Origin: Spirochaetota bacterium
GTDB taxonomy: Bacteria > Spirochaetota > Spirochaetia > CADAEX01
Assembly (NCBI GenBank): GCA_009786125.1
Contig: WQTU01000136.1
Span: forward strand, 88-64,087
Reading direction: 5' to 3'
Length of the DNA stretch: 64,000 nucleotides
Part shown: one piece after another, positions 24,932 to 37,300 of the stretch
How the letters are laid out: the number at the start of each line of letters is the position of its first letter
Position numbering within the stretch: position 1 is the stretch's first letter
Translations under genes and position numbers: made by a program
The notes under the pieces: model-generated
The model's input: only the letters and a program-made list of their open reading frames with translations
What the model was told of the DNA's origin: nothing
Database searches by the model: none

Positions 24932-25486
24932 ATGGTAAAAGGTTGGTATGTTCTTCACGCTTACTCAGGTTATGAGGGCAGAATCGAGAAACATATAAGA
25001 AAGTTGATGACAGATCAGAACTTCTCCGAATATATTATCGATATAAAAACTCCTTCAGAGGAAGTTGTTGAAATAAAAGATGGTAAAAAGAAAATCACTT
25101 CGAGAAAATTTTTACCCGGATATATATTGCTTGAAATGAATTTGCCTGATAAAGGCTGGAAAAATGTATGCGCAGAAATCAGGAAGATCAAGGGCGTAAC
25201 AGGTTTTGTTGGAGCTTTGGGGAGCTTAAAGCCAAGCCCAATTTCTCCCGACGAAATGAGAGCAATTTTACAGAAAACAGGAGAGCTTAAAGCTTCAAGG
25301 CACGTTAAATCTAAACAAGTATTTAATGTTGGGGAATCAGTCAAGATTATTGGCGGTCCGTTTGATACTTTTACAGGAAAAATTGATGAAGTTAATGCCG
25401 AAAAAGGAAAGTTAAGAGTAGTTGTAGGCATTTTTGGAAGAGCAACGCCTGTAGAAGTTGATTTTGCACAAGTTGAGCAGATATAA
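24932..25486 (+). CDS. nusG: Transcription termination/antitermination factor NusG
   Basis: 'WYVLHAYSGYE' NGN start and a KOW motif near the C-terminus. Follows secE. Confidence 0.95.
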   Translation: MVKGWYVLHAYSGYEGRIEKHIRKLMTDQNFSEYIIDIKTPSEEVVEIKDGKKKITSRKFLPGYILLEMNLPDKGWKNVCAEIRKIKGVTGFVGALGSLKPSPISPDEMRAILQKTGELKASRHVKSKQVFNVGESVKIIGGPFDTFTGKIDEVNAEKGKLRVVVGIFGRATPVEVDFAQVEQI

Positions 25487-25509
25487 AAGATAAAATTATT
25501 TTTTATTTA

Positions 25510-25676
25510 CCGATGAAGCGAGAACCGCGGACAAGCGAAGCTTGCACATGGTCGAGCGAGGAGGTAAACAAAAGGTTCGCGTGAGCGTACCTCGCTGCAA
25601 GCAGCGGAATCCGCGCCAAAGGCGCGGTGGGCGCAGGGCAAGCCCTGCGGTCGCTTTGCACGTAATACCTTTTATT
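25510..25676. repeat. Full-length GC-rich repeat element (E5), intergenic nusG-rplK
   Basis: The 5' end CCGATGAAGCGAG, the middle GAGCGAGGAGGTAAACAAAAGGTTCGCG, and the 3' end GGTCGCTTTGCACGTAATACCTTTTAT are shared with 61775-61897 and partly with 52216-52282 and 36969-37212. Contains several perfect 7-bp hairpins. Confidence 0.85.
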
Positions 25677-25830
25677 CTGATAATTATCAAAATAATTTGT
25701 TTTTTTCGGTAAGTTTTACCGTTTAACGATGGGAGTTTTCAAATGAGAGGTTGTCAATAATGTAGACACATTACTGACAAGCAACTTTAGCTTGGCGCAT
25801 TTTTGCAGCTTTTAAGCGAAAAAATGCTAT

Positions 25831-25876
25831 CCGTCCGCAAAGTCGGTTACAAGGTAACCGTGACTTTGTGAGACGG
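25831..25876 (+). promoter_or_regulatory. Long imperfect hairpin in the rplK 5' leader (candidate L11-operon autoregulatory structure)
   Basis: CCGTC-CG-CAAAGTCGGTTAC-AAG-GTAACCG-TG-ACTTTG-TGA-GACGG, about 45 nt upstream of the rplK ATG. Function inferred only. Confidence 0.3.
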
Positions 25877-25918
25877 GCACCCTCATGGGAAACGCTTTAC
25901 CACATTTTGGAGAAATAA

Positions 25919-26350
25919 ATGGCCAAAAAAAGAATAATAGCTGTTATTAAGCTACAGGTTCCGGCCGGAAAAGCGACTCCTGCGCCTCCTGTAGGACCCG
26001 CACTTGGTCCTCATGGCGTTAGCGCTCCGCAGTTTGTTCAGCAGTTTAATGACAGAACAAAAAATTTGGAGCCAGGGCTTACAATTCCGGTTGTTATTAC
26101 AGTTTATGGTGATAAAACATTTACGTTTATCACAAAAACACCTCCTGCTGCTGTTTTAATTAAAAAAGCATGCAGCATAGAAAAAGGTTCTGCAGAGCCG
26201 CACAAAGCAAAAGTTGCAAAAATGTCAAAAGCAGCTTTACAGAAAGTAGCGGAAACAAAAATGCCGGATTTAAATGCAAACGATGTTGATGCAGCAATGA
26301 AAATTATAGCAGGGACTGCAAGAAGCATGGGCGTGGAGGTGGAAGCATGA
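25919..26350 (+). CDS. rplK: 50S ribosomal protein L11
   Basis: '[24 protein letters not shown]' is a hallmark motif. Operon position fits. Confidence 0.97.
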   Translation: MAKKRIIAVIKLQVPAGKATPAPPVGPALGPHGVSAPQFVQQFNDRTKNLEPGLTIPVVITVYGDKTFTFITKTPPAAVLIKKACSIEKGSAEPHKAKVAKMSKAALQKVAETKMPDLNANDVDAAMKIIAGTARSMGVEVEA

Positions 26351-27024
26351 AGAAGGGGAAAAAATACCTCGAAGCAGTAAAGCAATATGATAAAACAGCG
26401 TTCTATCCCTATGAAGAAGCTGTAAAGATTGTTAAAAAAGTTGCTTTTGCAAAATTTGATGAAACTGTTGAAGTTTCCATCAGGCTTAAGCTTAAAAAAG
26501 CTCAGGGCATAAGAGATACTCTTGTTCTGCCTCATCAGTTTACGGGCGAAAAGAAGATTCTTGTTTTTGCAAAAGGCGATAAAGCAGAAGAAGCAAAAGC
26601 TGCCGGAGCTGCGTACGTCGGAGATGTTGATCTTGTTGAAAAAATCAAAAACGGCTGGCTTGATTTTGATGTTGCTGTTGCTACGCCGGATATGATGAAA
26701 GATGTTGGCCGGCTTGGTCCTGTTCTTGGAAGAAGGGGGCTAATGCCTAACCCGAAAACGCAAACAGTTACTTTTAATATAAAAGAAGCGTTGTCTGAAC
26801 TTAAAAAGGGTCGTGTTGAATTCAGGTCTGACAAGGGAGGAGTTCTCCACCTTGCAGTAGGCAAAGTTTCAAGCGAAGTGAATCAGATTGTAGAAAATAT
26901 CAAAGCAGTTGTTGCTGAGGTTGAAAGAAAAAAACCGGCAGATACGAAGGGAGATTTTTTCCTTTCAGTTGCTGTTTCTTCTACAATGGGCCCAGGCGTT
27001 AAAGTAGATTTTAAGACTGCGTAA
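26347..27024 (+). CDS. rplA: 50S ribosomal protein L1
   Basis: L1-like sequence ('[11 protein letters not shown]', '[25 protein letters not shown]'). 4-nt overlap with rplK. Confidence 0.97.
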   Translation: MKKGKKYLEAVKQYDKTAFYPYEEAVKIVKKVAFAKFDETVEVSIRLKLKKAQGIRDTLVLPHQFTGEKKILVFAKGDKAEEAKAAGAAYVGDVDLVEKIKNGWLDFDVAVATPDMMKDVGRLGPVLGRRGLMPNPKTQTVTFNIKEALSELKKGRVEFRSDKGGVLHLAVGKVSSEVNQIVENIKAVVAEVERKKPADTKGDFFLSVAVSSTMGPGVKVDFKTA

Positions 27025-27036
27025 AAGGATTGAGAT

Positions 27037-27573
27037 ATGGCAGAATATGTAACAAAGGTACAGCCATCCAAAGTAGAGGCTGTTGCTGAGATAAAAGATA
27101 AAATTGAAAATGTAAATGATTTTGTTGTAACTGACTACAGGGGGCTTACTGTAGAGCAAATAACAGGTTTAAGAAGAAAATTAAGAGAATTAAGCACAGA
27201 GTACAAAGTTGTTAAAAACAGATATGCAAAAATTGCTTTTAACAATAAGGGTATTGCAGGTCTTGATAATCTTCTTGTTGGTCCTTCTGCGATTGCAATG
27301 GTAAAAGGCGATGCTAGTTCTGCGGTGAAAGCAATTTTTGATTTTACTAAAGAGGCGCCTGTGCAGGTAAAGGGCGGCTATATAGACGGCAATATATTTG
27401 ATATGCAGCAACTTGAGGCTTTTTCTAAGCTTCCTACGAAAATGGAGCTTATATCGAGCCTTATGGGTACTATGAAGGCGCCTATACAAAATCTTGTTTT
27501 TGTTCTTAATGCTCCTATGCAAAAGCTTGTTAGAACAATACAGGCTGTTGCTGACCAGAAGGAAGGAAAGTAA
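27037..27573 (+). CDS. rplJ: 50S ribosomal protein L10
   Basis: 'VVTDYRGLTVEQITGLRRKLRE' and operon position. Confidence 0.95.
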   Translation: MAEYVTKVQPSKVEAVAEIKDKIENVNDFVVTDYRGLTVEQITGLRRKLRELSTEYKVVKNRYAKIAFNNKGIAGLDNLLVGPSAIAMVKGDASSAVKAIFDFTKEAPVQVKGGYIDGNIFDMQQLEAFSKLPTKMELISSLMGTMKAPIQNLVFVLNAPMQKLVRTIQAVADQKEGK

Positions 27574-27670
27574 GCGCTTCGAAGTCCCCTTCGCTGGCGA
27601 AGAGGTGGCGACGAAGTCGGCGGGGTAGTGGAGCCCCGGTTAATTCGGTAAAAGGCAAAAGCCTTTGTTT
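27574..27670. repeat. GC-rich structured segment (E6), intergenic rplJ-rplL, loosely related to the repeat family
   Basis: Begins right after the rplJ stop. 'GGCGACGAAGTCGGCGGGG' resembles the family 5' motif CGACGAAGCGAGGG. Hairpins CTTCGC/GCGAAG, CGGGG/CCCCG and AAAGGC/GCCTTT. Confidence 0.45.
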
Positions 27671-27763
27671 GGGGAATAAAAAGTTTATACTTTTTACAAA
27701 TATTCAGCATTAGTCTTCTGTTTGCCATGCTACTGCTGAAATAAAAGATAAGGAGAAGATAAT

Positions 27764-28150
27764 ATGGCTAAAAAAGATGAAATTTTAGAAGCAATTGCTA
27801 ACATGACTGTTCTTGAAGTATCAGAACTCATTAAAGCAATGGAAGAAAAGTTTGGCGTTACAGCAGCAGCTCCGGTAGCTGTTGCAGCTCCTGCAGCAGC
27901 AGGCGGCGGCGCAGCAGCAGAAGCAGCTGAAGAACAAACTGAATTTGATGTTATTCTTGCGAAATTTGATGATTCCAAGAAAATTCCTATTATTAAGGAA
28001 GTAAGAGCAATTACAGGTCTTGGTCTTAAAGAGGCAAAGGATATGGTTGAGGGTGCTCCTCAAAAAGTTAAAGAAGGTGTTTCTAAAGAAGAAGCAAAAA
28101 CAATTAAAGAAAAGCTGGAAGCAGCTGGCGCAGTTGTTGAAGTTAAATAA
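27764..28150 (+). CDS. rplL: 50S ribosomal protein L7/L12
   Basis: '[26 protein letters not shown]', an Ala-rich hinge, and '[15 protein letters not shown]'. Confidence 0.97.
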   Translation: MAKKDEILEAIANMTVLEVSELIKAMEEKFGVTAAAPVAVAAPAAAGGGAAAEAAEEQTEFDVILAKFDDSKKIPIIKEVRAITGLGLKEAKDMVEGAPQKVKEGVSKEEAKTIKEKLEAAGAVVEVK

Positions 28151-28266
28151 TTCTTGTTTTAAGACAACTTATTTTTCTCATATTGCACCTCTATATAACT
28201 ATAGGGGTGTAAGTTTTGCCGACAGTTTAAGGCTGCCGGTATGTTTGTTGCAGGGGGGTATGATTA

Positions 28267-31200
28267 ATGCTTGATAGATATAAGGCTATTAAGCGGCGGT
28301 ATATTGGAGAAGACTATCAGGAAGTAATGGAAATTCCAGGACTTGTTGATGTTCAGTTGTCTTCGTATGAAAAATTTCTTCAGCGCGAGAGGCTTAAAAA
28401 CGGAGAGTCTTTGCTTGAGCAAGGTTTGGAAGAGGTTTTTCAAAGTGTTTTTCCAATAGAGAGCCCAAACGGCGATATGCTTTTGGAATATACGCAGTAT
28501 GTTCTGGATGAAGAGGGTGTTAAACTCGACGAGTTTGAGTGCAAGCAGAAAGGCGTAACATATGCTATCCCCCTTAAGGCGAAAATCAATCTGATTTTTC
28601 AGGAAACAGGCGAGATTCGGCAAAAGTTAATTTATATTGGCGATATTCCTTTAATGACAGAGCGGGGAACATTTATTGTAAATGGCGCAGAACGAGTTGT
28701 TATAAGCCAGATACACAGGTCTCCGGGTGTTATTTTTTCCTATGATAAAGGAGTTTTTTCTTCGAGGATAATTCCTTATAAAGGCTCCTGGCTTGAATTT
28801 GAGATTGAGCATAAAAGAGACTTAATATATGCAAAGATAGACAGAAAAAAAAGAATTCTGGGTACAATTTTCCTAAGAGCTTTGGGGTTTGATACTCGTG
28901 AACAGATAATATCGCTTTTTTATAAAACAAAAAAAGTTAAAATAAGCGGTACAGCCGAAGAAAAAGAAAAACTTATTGGTTCTATAACTACAAAAGCAAT
29001 TTTTGTAAAAAATGAATTTGATGAGGATAAAAAACTTTATCGTGCCGGAGAAAAAATCCTTCTGCATGATATTGATGAGCTTGTTCATTCAGGTGTAGAA
29101 GAAATTGAAATAATAGACTTTGAAAATGAAAACTCTCTCCACTCAAGTATAATTCTTAATTGTTTTGAGATGGAAGATATTAAATATGTGAAAGATGATT
29201 CAGCGACAGATGAGCCCACAAAAGAAGAGGCGCTCGCTGCTGTTTATGCTGTTCTTCTTCCCGGAGAACCCATAACCGTAGAAAGCGCAGAAAAAGATCT
29301 TAAAATGATGTTTTTCTCTGCCAGAAGATATGATCTGGGAAGAGTTGGTCGCTACAAGTTAAACAAAAAATATGATTACAATCCTCCGGTTGAAGATCAG
29401 ATTCTCACAAAAGATGATGTTATAAATACTATGCGCTTTTTAATAAAAGTGTATATAGAAGAAGAAAATGTTGATGACATAGATCATCTTGGAAACAGAA
29501 GAGTGCGCTCTGTCGGCGAGCTTCTTGCAAATCATTTAAAAACTGCTTTTGTAAGAATGGAAAGAATTGCAAAAGAGAGAATGTCTTTAAAAGAAACCGA
29601 TACAATAAAGCCGCAGGATATTGTTTCTATTAAGCCTATTGTGGCTGCGATAAAAGAGTTTTTTGGTTCGAGCCAGCTTTCGCAGTTTATGGATCAGGTT
29701 AATCCTCTGGCAGAGCTTACTCATAAAAGAAGGCTTAATGCTCTTGGACCAGGAGGTCTTTCAAGAGACAGGGCAGGCTTTGAAGTAAGAGATGTTCACT
29801 ATACTCATTACGGCAGAATGTGTCCTATAGAAACTCCTGAAGGACCAAACATTGGTCTTATTGTTTCACTTGCAAACTACACAAAAGTAAATGATTATGG
29901 TTTTCTTGAGTCACCATATCGCAAAGTTATTAATGGAATTGTTACAAAAGATGTAGAATATCTTTCTGCAATTGATGAAGAAAAATATTTTATTGCGCAG
30001 GCAAATGCCCAAATTAGCAGCAAGGGAGAATTTGTTTCAGACCATGTTTCTGTAAGAAAGGCAGGAAGTTATACAACACAAGAACCTGCCAAGATTCAAT
30101 ATATGGATGTTTCTCCAAAGCAGGTAATTTCTGTTTCAACATCGCTTATTCCGTTTCTTGAACATGATGATGCTAACAGAGCTCTTATGGGTTCAAACAT
30201 GATGCGCCAGGCAGTTCCTCTTCTTTTTCCGGAATCTCCTATTGTTGGTACAGGAATGGAAGAAAGAACAGCGTATGACTCCGGTGTTGTAAAAAAAGCA
30301 AGAGAAGCTGGTGTTGTAACTTATGTGAGTTCGGAAAAAATTATTATAGAAGGCGAAAATAAAAAAAGCGAAACCTATAAACTGCTTAAGAATCAGAGAA
30401 CAAATCAGGACACTTGTTTTACTCAAAAGCCTCTTGTAAAAGTGGGGCAAGAAATTACAAAGGGCGAGGTTATTGCAGATGGTCCTGCCACATTTTTTGG
30501 TGAGCTTGCACTTGGCCGCGATGTTCTTGTGGCTTTTCTCCCCTGGAATGGTTACAACTACGAAGATGCTATTCTAATATCTGAAAAAGTGATTAAGGAA
30601 GATACTTTTTCTTCTATTCATATAAAAGAGTTTATTATAGAAGTAAGGGAAACAAAGCTTGGTACGGAAAAGCTTACAAGAGATATTCCAAATACAGGGG
30701 AAAAAGCTCTTGAGCAGCTTGATGAAGAAGGCATTATAAGAATCGGCGCTGCAGTAAAATCCGGCTATATTCTGGTTGGAAAAGTTACTCCTAAGTCTGA
30801 AACAGAAACTACTCCGGAATTCAAGCTTTTAAATTCAATCTTTGGAGAAAAAGCAAAAGAAGTCAGAGATACTTCGCTAAGAGTTCCCCACGGAGTAGAA
30901 GGAACTGTAATAGATATACAAAGACTCAAACGCACAGAAGGCGATGATCTTAATCCTGGAGTTGATGAGGTTGTAAAGATACTTATTGCAACAAAAAGAA
31001 AGCTTCAGGAAGGAGATAAAATGGCTGGCCGTCATGGAAATAAAGGGGTTGTGGCAAGGGTTCTGCCGGAAGAAGATATGCCATATATGGCGGACGGCAC
31101 GCCCATAGATATTTGTCTTAATCCTCTTGGGGTTCCGTCGCGTATGAACCTTGGGCAGCTCATGGAAGCAAGTCTTGGCTGGGCAGGCTGGGTTCTTGGC

Positions 31201-31758
31201 GAAAAATATGCAGCTCCTGTGTTTCAGGCAGCATCGAATGAGATGATTTCGAAAATACTTGAAGGCGCGGGTCTTCCGGGAACATCAAAAACAGTATTAT
31301 ATGATGGACTTACAGGCGAAGCATTTGAAAACCCTGTAATGGTTGGGTGTGTTTATATGCTTAAACTGCATCATCTTGTTGACGACAAGATGCACGCAAG
31401 GTCTACAGGTCCTTACTCGCTTGTTACACAGCAGCCTCTTGGCGGAAAAGCGCAGTTTGGAGGTCAGAGGCTTGGAGAAATGGAAGTTTGGGCGCTTGAA
31501 GCTTATGGCGCAGCAAATACACTCCAGGAATTCATCACTATTAAGTCTGATGATATGGCTGGAAGAGCGAAAATATATGAAAGCATTGTAAAAGGCGAGC
31601 CAAACTCTGCTGCAGGTATTCCCGAAGCATTTAATGTAATTGTTCAGGAGTTAAGGGGATTGGCGCTTGATATCTCTATTTGGGATTCCAGAGCCAGACA
31701 GGTTCCTCTTACAGAGCGCGACGAAGAGCTTATAAACAAACAGGGAACCAATTTCTAG
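28267..31758 (+). CDS. rpoB: DNA-directed RNA polymerase subunit beta
   Basis: 1163 aa. Conserved blocks such as '[12 protein letters not shown]', '[13 protein letters not shown]' and '[11 protein letters not shown]'. Confidence 0.98.
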   Translation: MLDRYKAIKRRYIGEDYQEVMEIPGLVDVQLSSYEKFLQRERLKNGESLLEQGLEEVFQSVFPIESPNGDMLLEYTQYVLDEEGVKLDEFECKQKGVTYAIPLKAKINLIFQETGEIRQKLIYIGDIPLMTERGTFIVNGAERVVISQIHRSPGVIFSYDKGVFSSRIIPYKGSWLEFEIEHKRDLIYAKIDRKKRILGTIFLRALGFDTREQIISLFYKTKKVKISGTAEEKEKLIGSITTKAIFVKNEFDEDKKLYRAGEKILLHDIDELVHSGVEEIEIIDFENENSLHSSIILNCFEMEDIKYVKDDSATDEPTKEEALAAVYAVLLPGEPITVESAEKDLKMMFFSARRYDLGRVGRYKLNKKYDYNPPVEDQILTKDDVINTMRFLIKVYIEEENVDDIDHLGNRRVRSVGELLANHLKTAFVRMERIAKERMSLKETDTIKPQDIVSIKPIVAAIKEFFGSSQLSQFMDQVNPLAELTHKRRLNALGPGGLSRDRAGFEVRDVHYTHYGRMCPIETPEGPNIGLIVSLANYTKVNDYGFLESPYRKVINGIVTKDVEYLSAIDEEKYFIAQANAQISSKGEFVSDHVSVRKAGSYTTQEPAKIQYMDVSPKQVISVSTSLIPFLEHDDANRALMGSNMMRQAVPLLFPESPIVGTGMEERTAYDSGVVKKAREAGVVTYVSSEKIIIEGENKKSETYKLLKNQRTNQDTCFTQKPLVKVGQEITKGEVIADGPATFFGELALGRDVLVAFLPWNGYNYEDAILISEKVIKEDTFSSIHIKEFIIEVRETKLGTEKLTRDIPNTGEKALEQLDEEGIIRIGAAVKSGYILVGKVTPKSETETTPEFKLLNSIFGEKAKEVRDTSLRVPHGVEGTVIDIQRLKRTEGDDLNPGVDEVVKILIATKRKLQEGDKMAGRHGNKGVVARVLPEEDMPYMADGTPIDICLNPLGVPSRMNLGQLMEASLGWAGWVLGEKYAAPVFQAASNEMISKILEGAGLPGTSKTVLYDGLTGEAFENPVMVGCVYMLKLHHLVDDKMHARSTGPYSLVTQQPLGGKAQFGGQRLGEMEVWALEAYGAANTLQEFITIKSDDMAGRAKIYESIVKGEPNSAAGIPEAFNVIVQELRGLALDISIWDSRARQVPLTERDEELINKQGTNF

Positions 31759-31770
31759 GAAGGGTGTTTA

Positions 31771-34700
31771 ATGAGAGAAATACAAGATTTCGACAATATA
31801 ATGATTAAGCTTGCTTCGCAGGATCAGATAAGAGCATGGTCTTACGGCGAAGTAAAGAAACCGGAAACAATAAATTACAGAACCCTTAGACCGGAAAAGG
31901 AAGGTCTTTTCTGCGAAAGAATTTTCGGCACAACCAAGGAGTGGGAGTGCTACTGCGGAAAATTTAAATCAATCAGGTACAAGGGAGTAATTTGCGACAG
32001 GTGCGGTGTAGAAGTAACTCACTTTAAAGTAAGAAGAGAGAGAATGGGGCATATTGAACTTGCTTCGCCTGTATCTCATATATGGTACTACAGGGCTATT
32101 CCTTCAAGAATGGGGCTTCTTCTTGATCTTACATTAGCTTCGCTCAGGTCTATTCTTTATTATGAGAAATATATTGTAATTGATCCGGGTGATACTGAGC
32201 TTAAGAAATATGAACTTCTGTCTGAAGAAGATTTTAATACAGCGACCGAAAGATATGGGATGAGTTTTACTGCAGGAATTGGCGCAGAGGCTATAAGAAC
32301 GCTTCTGGAAGGTCTTGATCTGGATATGCTTTCTGCTGAACTCAGAATAAAAATGGTGGAAAAGGGCGCAAAATCTGATCGCAGGCTGCTTAAGAGAATA
32401 GAAATTGTTGAGAATTTCAAAGAATCCGGAAATAAACCGGAATGGATGATTCTTGATGTAATTCCTGTAATACCGCCGGAACTTAGACCTATGGTTCAGC
32501 TTGAGGGCGGAAGATTTGCAACATCAGACCTTAATGACCTTTACAGAAGGGTTATAAACAGAAACAACAGGCTTAAAAGGCTTATGGGGCTGAATGCTCC
32601 GGATATAATTATCAGAAACGAAAAGAGGATGCTTCAGGAAGCTGTTGATGCTCTTTTTGACAACTCAAAGAAAAAGAAGGTTGTAAAAGGTTCTGCAAAC
32701 AGGCCTCTTAAGTCTCTTTCAGATATGCTTAAGGGTAAGCAGGGAAGGTTCAGGCAGAATCTTCTTGGAAAAAGGGTTGACTACTCCGGCCGTTCGGTAA
32801 TTGTTGTTGGGCCGGAGCTTAAGCTGCATCAGTGCGGCTTGCCTGCGAAAATGGCGCTTGAGCTTTACAAGCCTTTTATAATGAAGAAACTTGTTGAAAA
32901 AGATGTTGTATATAATATTAAAAAAGCGAAAACACTTGTGGAACAGGAAACAACTGAGGTGTGGTCTGTTCTTGATGAGGTTGTGAAAGAGCACCCGGTG
33001 TTATTGAACAGGGCGCCAACTCTTCACAGGCTGGGTATTCAGGCTTTTGAGCCGGTGCTTGTGCAGGGGAAAGCGATAAAGCTGCACCCGCTTGTGTGTC
33101 ATGCGTACAACGCAGACTTTGACGGGGACCAGATGGCTGTGCATGTGCCTCTTACGCAGGCTGCACAGATTGAGTGCTGGACCCTTATGCTTTCTGTAAA
33201 TAATCTTTTGAACCCAGCTAACGGAAACCCGATTGTGTTTTCGTCTCTTGATATGGTACTTGGAATAAATTATTTAACTGTTGCGAAGCAGGGAGCAAAA
33301 GGAGAGGGTCGCTATTTCCACTCTTTTGATGAAGTTTTAATGGCGCTCGATGCGAAATCCCTTGATTATCAGGCTATATGTAAAATAAAAATAAAAGACA
33401 AGTATATTGAAACAACTCCGGGAAGGGTTATTTTTTACGAAGAGATGCCCGAAGAAATAGAGTTTATTAATGCTCCGCTTGCAGATAAAGAACTAAAAGC
33501 TCTTATTGCGAAGTGTTACAGTAAGTTTGGCGCTTACACAACAGTAAAAATGCTTGATTCCATAAAAGCGCTTGGCTTTAAATATGTTACAAAATTTGGC
33601 GCCACTATAAGTATGGAAGATGTTGTAATTCCGGGAGAAAAGAAAAAACTTATTGAAGATGCGAACAAGCAGGTTTCTGTTATTCAGAATCAGTATCTCC
33701 AGGGACACATAACTCAGGAAGAAAGGTATAACAGAGTTATAGAAGTATGGAGTAAGACAAACGAAGATCTTACAAATGTGCTTATGAAAACTCTTAAAGA
33801 AGACCGCCAGGGATTTAACCCTATCTATATGATGGCAAACTCCGGAGCAAGGGGTTCAAGAACCCAGCTTAGGCAGCTTGCGGGAATGAGGGGTCTTATG
33901 GCCAAGCCATCAGGTGATATTATAGAACTTCCGATAAGGTCGAACTTCAAAGAAGGTCTTTCGATTATCGAATTTTTTATCTCTTCTAATGGTGCGCGAA
34001 AAGGTCTTGCGGACACAGCATTAAAAACAGCCGAAGCAGGATACCTCACAAGGCGTCTTATAGATATTGCTCAGGATGTTGTAATAAATGAAGATGACTG
34101 CGGAACTATAAATGGTATTCAAATAAGCGCTTTGAAAGACGGCGAAGAAATTGTACAGGCTCTTGCAGACAGAATTGTAGGAAGCTACACCCTTGAAAGA
34201 GTAAAACACCCTATTACAGGCGAAATACTTCTTAATGTTAATCAGGGAATTACTGAAGATATGGCAAAGATAATAGAAGAAGTTGGCATTGAAACAGTAA
34301 GAATAAGAAGCGTTCTCACCTGCGACTCGCGCTTTGGGGTTTGCCAGAAATGCTATGGCAGAAACTTGGCAACCAACAAAACTGTTGAGATTGGAGAAGC
34401 TGTGGGTATAATAGCTGCGCAGTCAATTGGTCAGCCCGGAACACAGCTTACAATGAGAACCTTCCACATCGGCGGAGCTGCAACAAAAGCAAGCGAAGAA
34501 AACAAAGTCTATCTAAAATACCCTGTTCTTGTACAAAAGATAACAGGTAATACTTTAAAAATAGACAATGATATTACTCTTTTTACAAGAAAAGGATATA
34601 TTCTTGTAAATAAGATACTCGATTCTGTTGACCTTAAAGAAGGCGATAAAATTCTTGTAAATAATGGCGACAAAGTAATCCCTGGAAATCCTATTGTAAA

Positions 34701-36000
34701 AAGGGAAGAACAGGATATTGTTGCAAAAGAGATCGCATATATTGTGATCCAGGAAAAAGTGCTTTACCTTGTAGCGCAGGAGCAAAAGGTTGAAATCAGA
34801 AATGGTGCAGAGCTTCTTGTCCAGGAAGGAGAAGCTGTTCCTCCGGAAGCATCAATCGCAAGATTTGACCCATTTTCTGAGCCAATTATTGCTGAATATC
34901 CAGGTATAGTAAAATATCATGATATTATTCTTGGCACTACGCTAAAAGAAGAAATCAACGAAGATAGCGGCAATATCGAAAAGAAGATTGTGGAATATAC
35001 TCTTGAGACGCTGCAGCCGCGAATTGTTATAGAAGATGAAGATGGCATTGAGCTCGCGGTTTACTATTTGCCTGGATCTTCATATATAAATGTAGATGAT
35101 GGAGCAAAGATAGAAGCAGGGAGAACTCTTGCAAAGCTTCTTAAAGAAAGCGTTAAAACAAGAGATATTACCGGAGGTCTTCCAAGGGTAGGCGAGCTTT
35201 TTGAAGCAAGAAAACCCAAAAGTATTGCTGTGCTTGCTCAGATTACAGGAAAAGTTAAATTTGGCAGCATAATTAAGGGTAAAAGGCTTATTGTAATAAC
35301 AGATGACAGAGAAATAGAGTTTAAGCATCTTGTGCCTATGGGAAAACATCTTCTTGTGCGCGATGGAGATATTGTTGAAGCAGGTGAGCCTCTTTGCGAA
35401 GGCGATTTGGACCCGCACGATATTCTTGATATACTTGGAGAAAATGTTCTTCACCGTTTTCTTATGGACGAAGTGCAGGAGGTTTACAGGCTTCAGGGTG
35501 TAAGTATAAACGATAAGCACATAGGTGTAATTGTCAGGCAGATGATGAGAAAAGTTGAAATTACCCATGTTGGGGATACCAACTTTATCCACGGACATCA
35601 GGTTGATAAGTATAAATTCCATGAGGAAAACATAAAAGTAATTAGGGAAGGCGGCGAGCCGGCTATAGCAAAACCCCTTCTTCTTGGAATTACAAGAGCT
35701 TCTCTTAATATAGACTCATTCCTCTCTGCTGCATCGTTCCAGGAAACAACAAGAGTTCTTACAAACGCTGCAATTGCAGGAAAAGTGGATAATTTAAGAG
35801 GTCTTAAGGAAAACATTATTATTGGACACCTTATTCCTGCGGGAACAGGGCAAAGAATGTATAGAAACATAAAGCTGTATGATGAATCCAGTGAAGACCT
35901 TGATGCGTCAATACAGGAAATAATTGAGGCAAGAAAGAAAGAAGAAGCTGAGGCAGCCGCAAATCAGCCAAAGCAGCATAATATTGATGAACTCTACTAA
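31771..36000 (+). CDS. rpoC: DNA-directed RNA polymerase subunit beta'
   Basis: 1409 aa. Zn-finger '[20 protein letters not shown]' and catalytic '[12 protein letters not shown]'. Confidence 0.98.
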   Translation: MREIQDFDNIMIKLASQDQIRAWSYGEVKKPETINYRTLRPEKEGLFCERIFGTTKEWECYCGKFKSIRYKGVICDRCGVEVTHFKVRRERMGHIELASPVSHIWYYRAIPSRMGLLLDLTLASLRSILYYEKYIVIDPGDTELKKYELLSEEDFNTATERYGMSFTAGIGAEAIRTLLEGLDLDMLSAELRIKMVEKGAKSDRRLLKRIEIVENFKESGNKPEWMILDVIPVIPPELRPMVQLEGGRFATSDLNDLYRRVINRNNRLKRLMGLNAPDIIIRNEKRMLQEAVDALFDNSKKKKVVKGSANRPLKSLSDMLKGKQGRFRQNLLGKRVDYSGRSVIVVGPELKLHQCGLPAKMALELYKPFIMKKLVEKDVVYNIKKAKTLVEQETTEVWSVLDEVVKEHPVLLNRAPTLHRLGIQAFEPVLVQGKAIKLHPLVCHAYNADFDGDQMAVHVPLTQAAQIECWTLMLSVNNLLNPANGNPIVFSSLDMVLGINYLTVAKQGAKGEGRYFHSFDEVLMALDAKSLDYQAICKIKIKDKYIETTPGRVIFYEEMPEEIEFINAPLADKELKALIAKCYSKFGAYTTVKMLDSIKALGFKYVTKFGATISMEDVVIPGEKKKLIEDANKQVSVIQNQYLQGHITQEERYNRVIEVWSKTNEDLTNVLMKTLKEDRQGFNPIYMMANSGARGSRTQLRQLAGMRGLMAKPSGDIIELPIRSNFKEGLSIIEFFISSNGARKGLADTALKTAEAGYLTRRLIDIAQDVVINEDDCGTINGIQISALKDGEEIVQALADRIVGSYTLERVKHPITGEILLNVNQGITEDMAKIIEEVGIETVRIRSVLTCDSRFGVCQKCYGRNLATNKTVEIGEAVGIIAAQSIGQPGTQLTMRTFHIGGAATKASEENKVYLKYPVLVQKITGNTLKIDNDITLFTRKGYILVNKILDSVDLKEGDKILVNNGDKVIPGNPIVKREEQDIVAKEIAYIVIQEKVLYLVAQEQKVEIRNGAELLVQEGEAVPPEASIARFDPFSEPIIAEYPGIVKYHDIILGTTLKEEINEDSGNIEKKIVEYTLETLQPRIVIEDEDGIELAVYYLPGSSYINVDDGAKIEAGRTLAKLLKESVKTRDITGGLPRVGELFEARKPKSIAVLAQITGKVKFGSIIKGKRLIVITDDREIEFKHLVPMGKHLLVRDGDIVEAGEPLCEGDLDPHDILDILGENVLHRFLMDEVQEVYRLQGVSINDKHIGVIVRQMMRKVEITHVGDTNFIHGHQVDKYKFHEENIKVIREGGEPAIAKPLLLGITRASLNIDSFLSAASFQETTRVLTNAAIAGKVDNLRGLKENIIIGHLIPAGTGQRMYRNIKLYDESSEDLDASIQEIIEARKKEEAEAAANQPKQHNIDELY

Positions 36001-36018
36001 AATAGAGTAGAAAACCTA

Positions 36019-36047
36019 TTGACTTTTTTGAATGGGGTTGTTAATCT
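36019..36047 (+). promoter_or_regulatory. Candidate sigma70 promoter TTGACT-17-TAATCT upstream of rpsL
   Basis: Hexamers and spacing read from the sequence, 60 nt upstream of the rpsL ATG. Confidence 0.45.
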
Positions 36048-36106
36048 TCATTCACTTAGGGCAGTGTGGGCTGCCAAAGAAATTTTATTAGGAGATAATT
36101 TGGTAA

Positions 36107-36481
36107 ATGCCAACGATTAATCAATTAATTAGAAAAGGTAGAGATAAGGTTACTAAAAAGACAAAATCTCCTGCGCTTAATAGCTGTCCTCAAAAAAGAG
36201 GTGTTTGCACAAGAGTTATGACCGTAACTCCTAAAAAACCTAATTCAGCTTTGAGAAAAGTAGCAAGGGTTAGATTGTCAAATGGTATTGAGGTTACTGC
36301 ATATATTCCGGGTATTGGTCACAACCTTCAGGAACACTCAGTAATACTTTTAAGAGGCGGAAGAGTAAAAGACCTTCCGGGTGTTAGATATCACATTGTC
36401 AGGGGTACTAAAGATACTCTTGGTGTTGAAGGCAGAAAAAGATCAAGATCTAAATATGGTACAAAAAGGCCAAAGGCGTAA
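36107..36481 (+). CDS. rpsL: 30S ribosomal protein S12
   Basis: '[12 protein letters not shown]' and '[16 protein letters not shown]'. Confidence 0.98.
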   Translation: MPTINQLIRKGRDKVTKKTKSPALNSCPQKRGVCTRVMTVTPKKPNSALRKVARVRLSNGIEVTAYIPGIGHNLQEHSVILLRGGRVKDLPGVRYHIVRGTKDTLGVEGRKRSRSKYGTKRPKA

Positions 36482-36495
36482 TAGGGGTTTGATAT

Positions 36496-36966
36496 ATGTC
36501 TAGAAAAATTACTTCAAAGAAGTCCGGAATTATTCCTGATCCAAAATATAACAGTACATCTATTGCCAAATTTATTACAAGAATGATGGTAAGCGGAAAA
36601 AAATCCGTAAGCAAAACCATAATGTATGGGGCGCTTGATGTATTGAGTTCTAAAACCCAAAAAGGAGCTGTTGAAGCATTCGGCGAAGCAATGGATAGGA
36701 TAAAACCTCTTGTCGAGGTAAAGTCGAGAAGGGTTGGCGGCTCTACTTATCAGGTTCCTGTTGAAATAAGGGAGTCAAGAAGAGAAGCTCTTGCAACCCG
36801 CTGGATAATTCAGGCAGCAAGGTCGAGAAGCGGCAGGTCAATGAGTGAAAAGCTTGGAGCAGAGCTGGTGGATGCTTTTAACTCTACAGGAACAGCTTTC
36901 AAGAAAAAAGAAGATACACATAAAATGGCAGAAGCAAATAAAGCTTTTTCTCATTATAGGTGGTAA
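36496..36966 (+). CDS. rpsG: 30S ribosomal protein S7
   Basis: 'PDPKYNS..', '[12 protein letters not shown]', C-terminal 'AFSHYRW'. Confidence 0.98.
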   Translation: MSRKITSKKSGIIPDPKYNSTSIAKFITRMMVSGKKSVSKTIMYGALDVLSSKTQKGAVEAFGEAMDRIKPLVEVKSRRVGGSTYQVPVEIRESRREALATRWIIQAARSRSGRSMSEKLGAELVDAFNSTGTAFKKKEDTHKMAEANKAFSHYRW

Positions 36967-36968
36967 TC

Positions 36969-37212
36969 ACGACGAACGAGGGTCGCGGGCAAGCAGAGCT
37001 TGCACATGACCGAGTGAGGAAGTGATTGAAAAGCTGAAAGGCTTTTTCTGTTCTCCGACGAAGCGAGGGTCGCGGGCAAACGAAGTTTGTACATCCGCCG
37101 AATAAGTGAGAGTCGCGGGCAGCTTGCTTGCACACAAAGTACCCCTTGCGGGTGTGATCGAACGATGAGGTGGACAAAGGGGCTATGCTCCTTGTGAATC
37201 GGGCTAGGAGGA
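36969..37212. repeat. Cluster of GC-rich repeat units (E7) directly after rpsG
   Basis: Two or three tandem units: CGACGAACGAGGGTCGCGGGCAAGCAGAGCTTGCACATGACCGAGTGAGGAAG (36970-37022), CGACGAAGCGAGGGTCGCGGGCAAACGAAGTTTGTACAT (37057-37095), and GAGAGTCGCGGGCAGCTTGCTTGCACA (37109-37135). Confidence 0.85.
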
Positions 37213-37300
37213 GATAAAAATAAAAAAACTGCAAAGTTTTTTTATTTTCTGTGAAATTTTGTAAGTTTTTAATAAAATTTCTCTGTTTTTCACAGAGGGA

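Noticed and set aside
25496-25690. 64-aa minus-strand ORF between nusG and rplK
   Set aside because: It lies entirely within the GC-rich repeat element, has no RBS, and its composition is dictated by the repeat. I interpret it as the element's open strand, not a gene.
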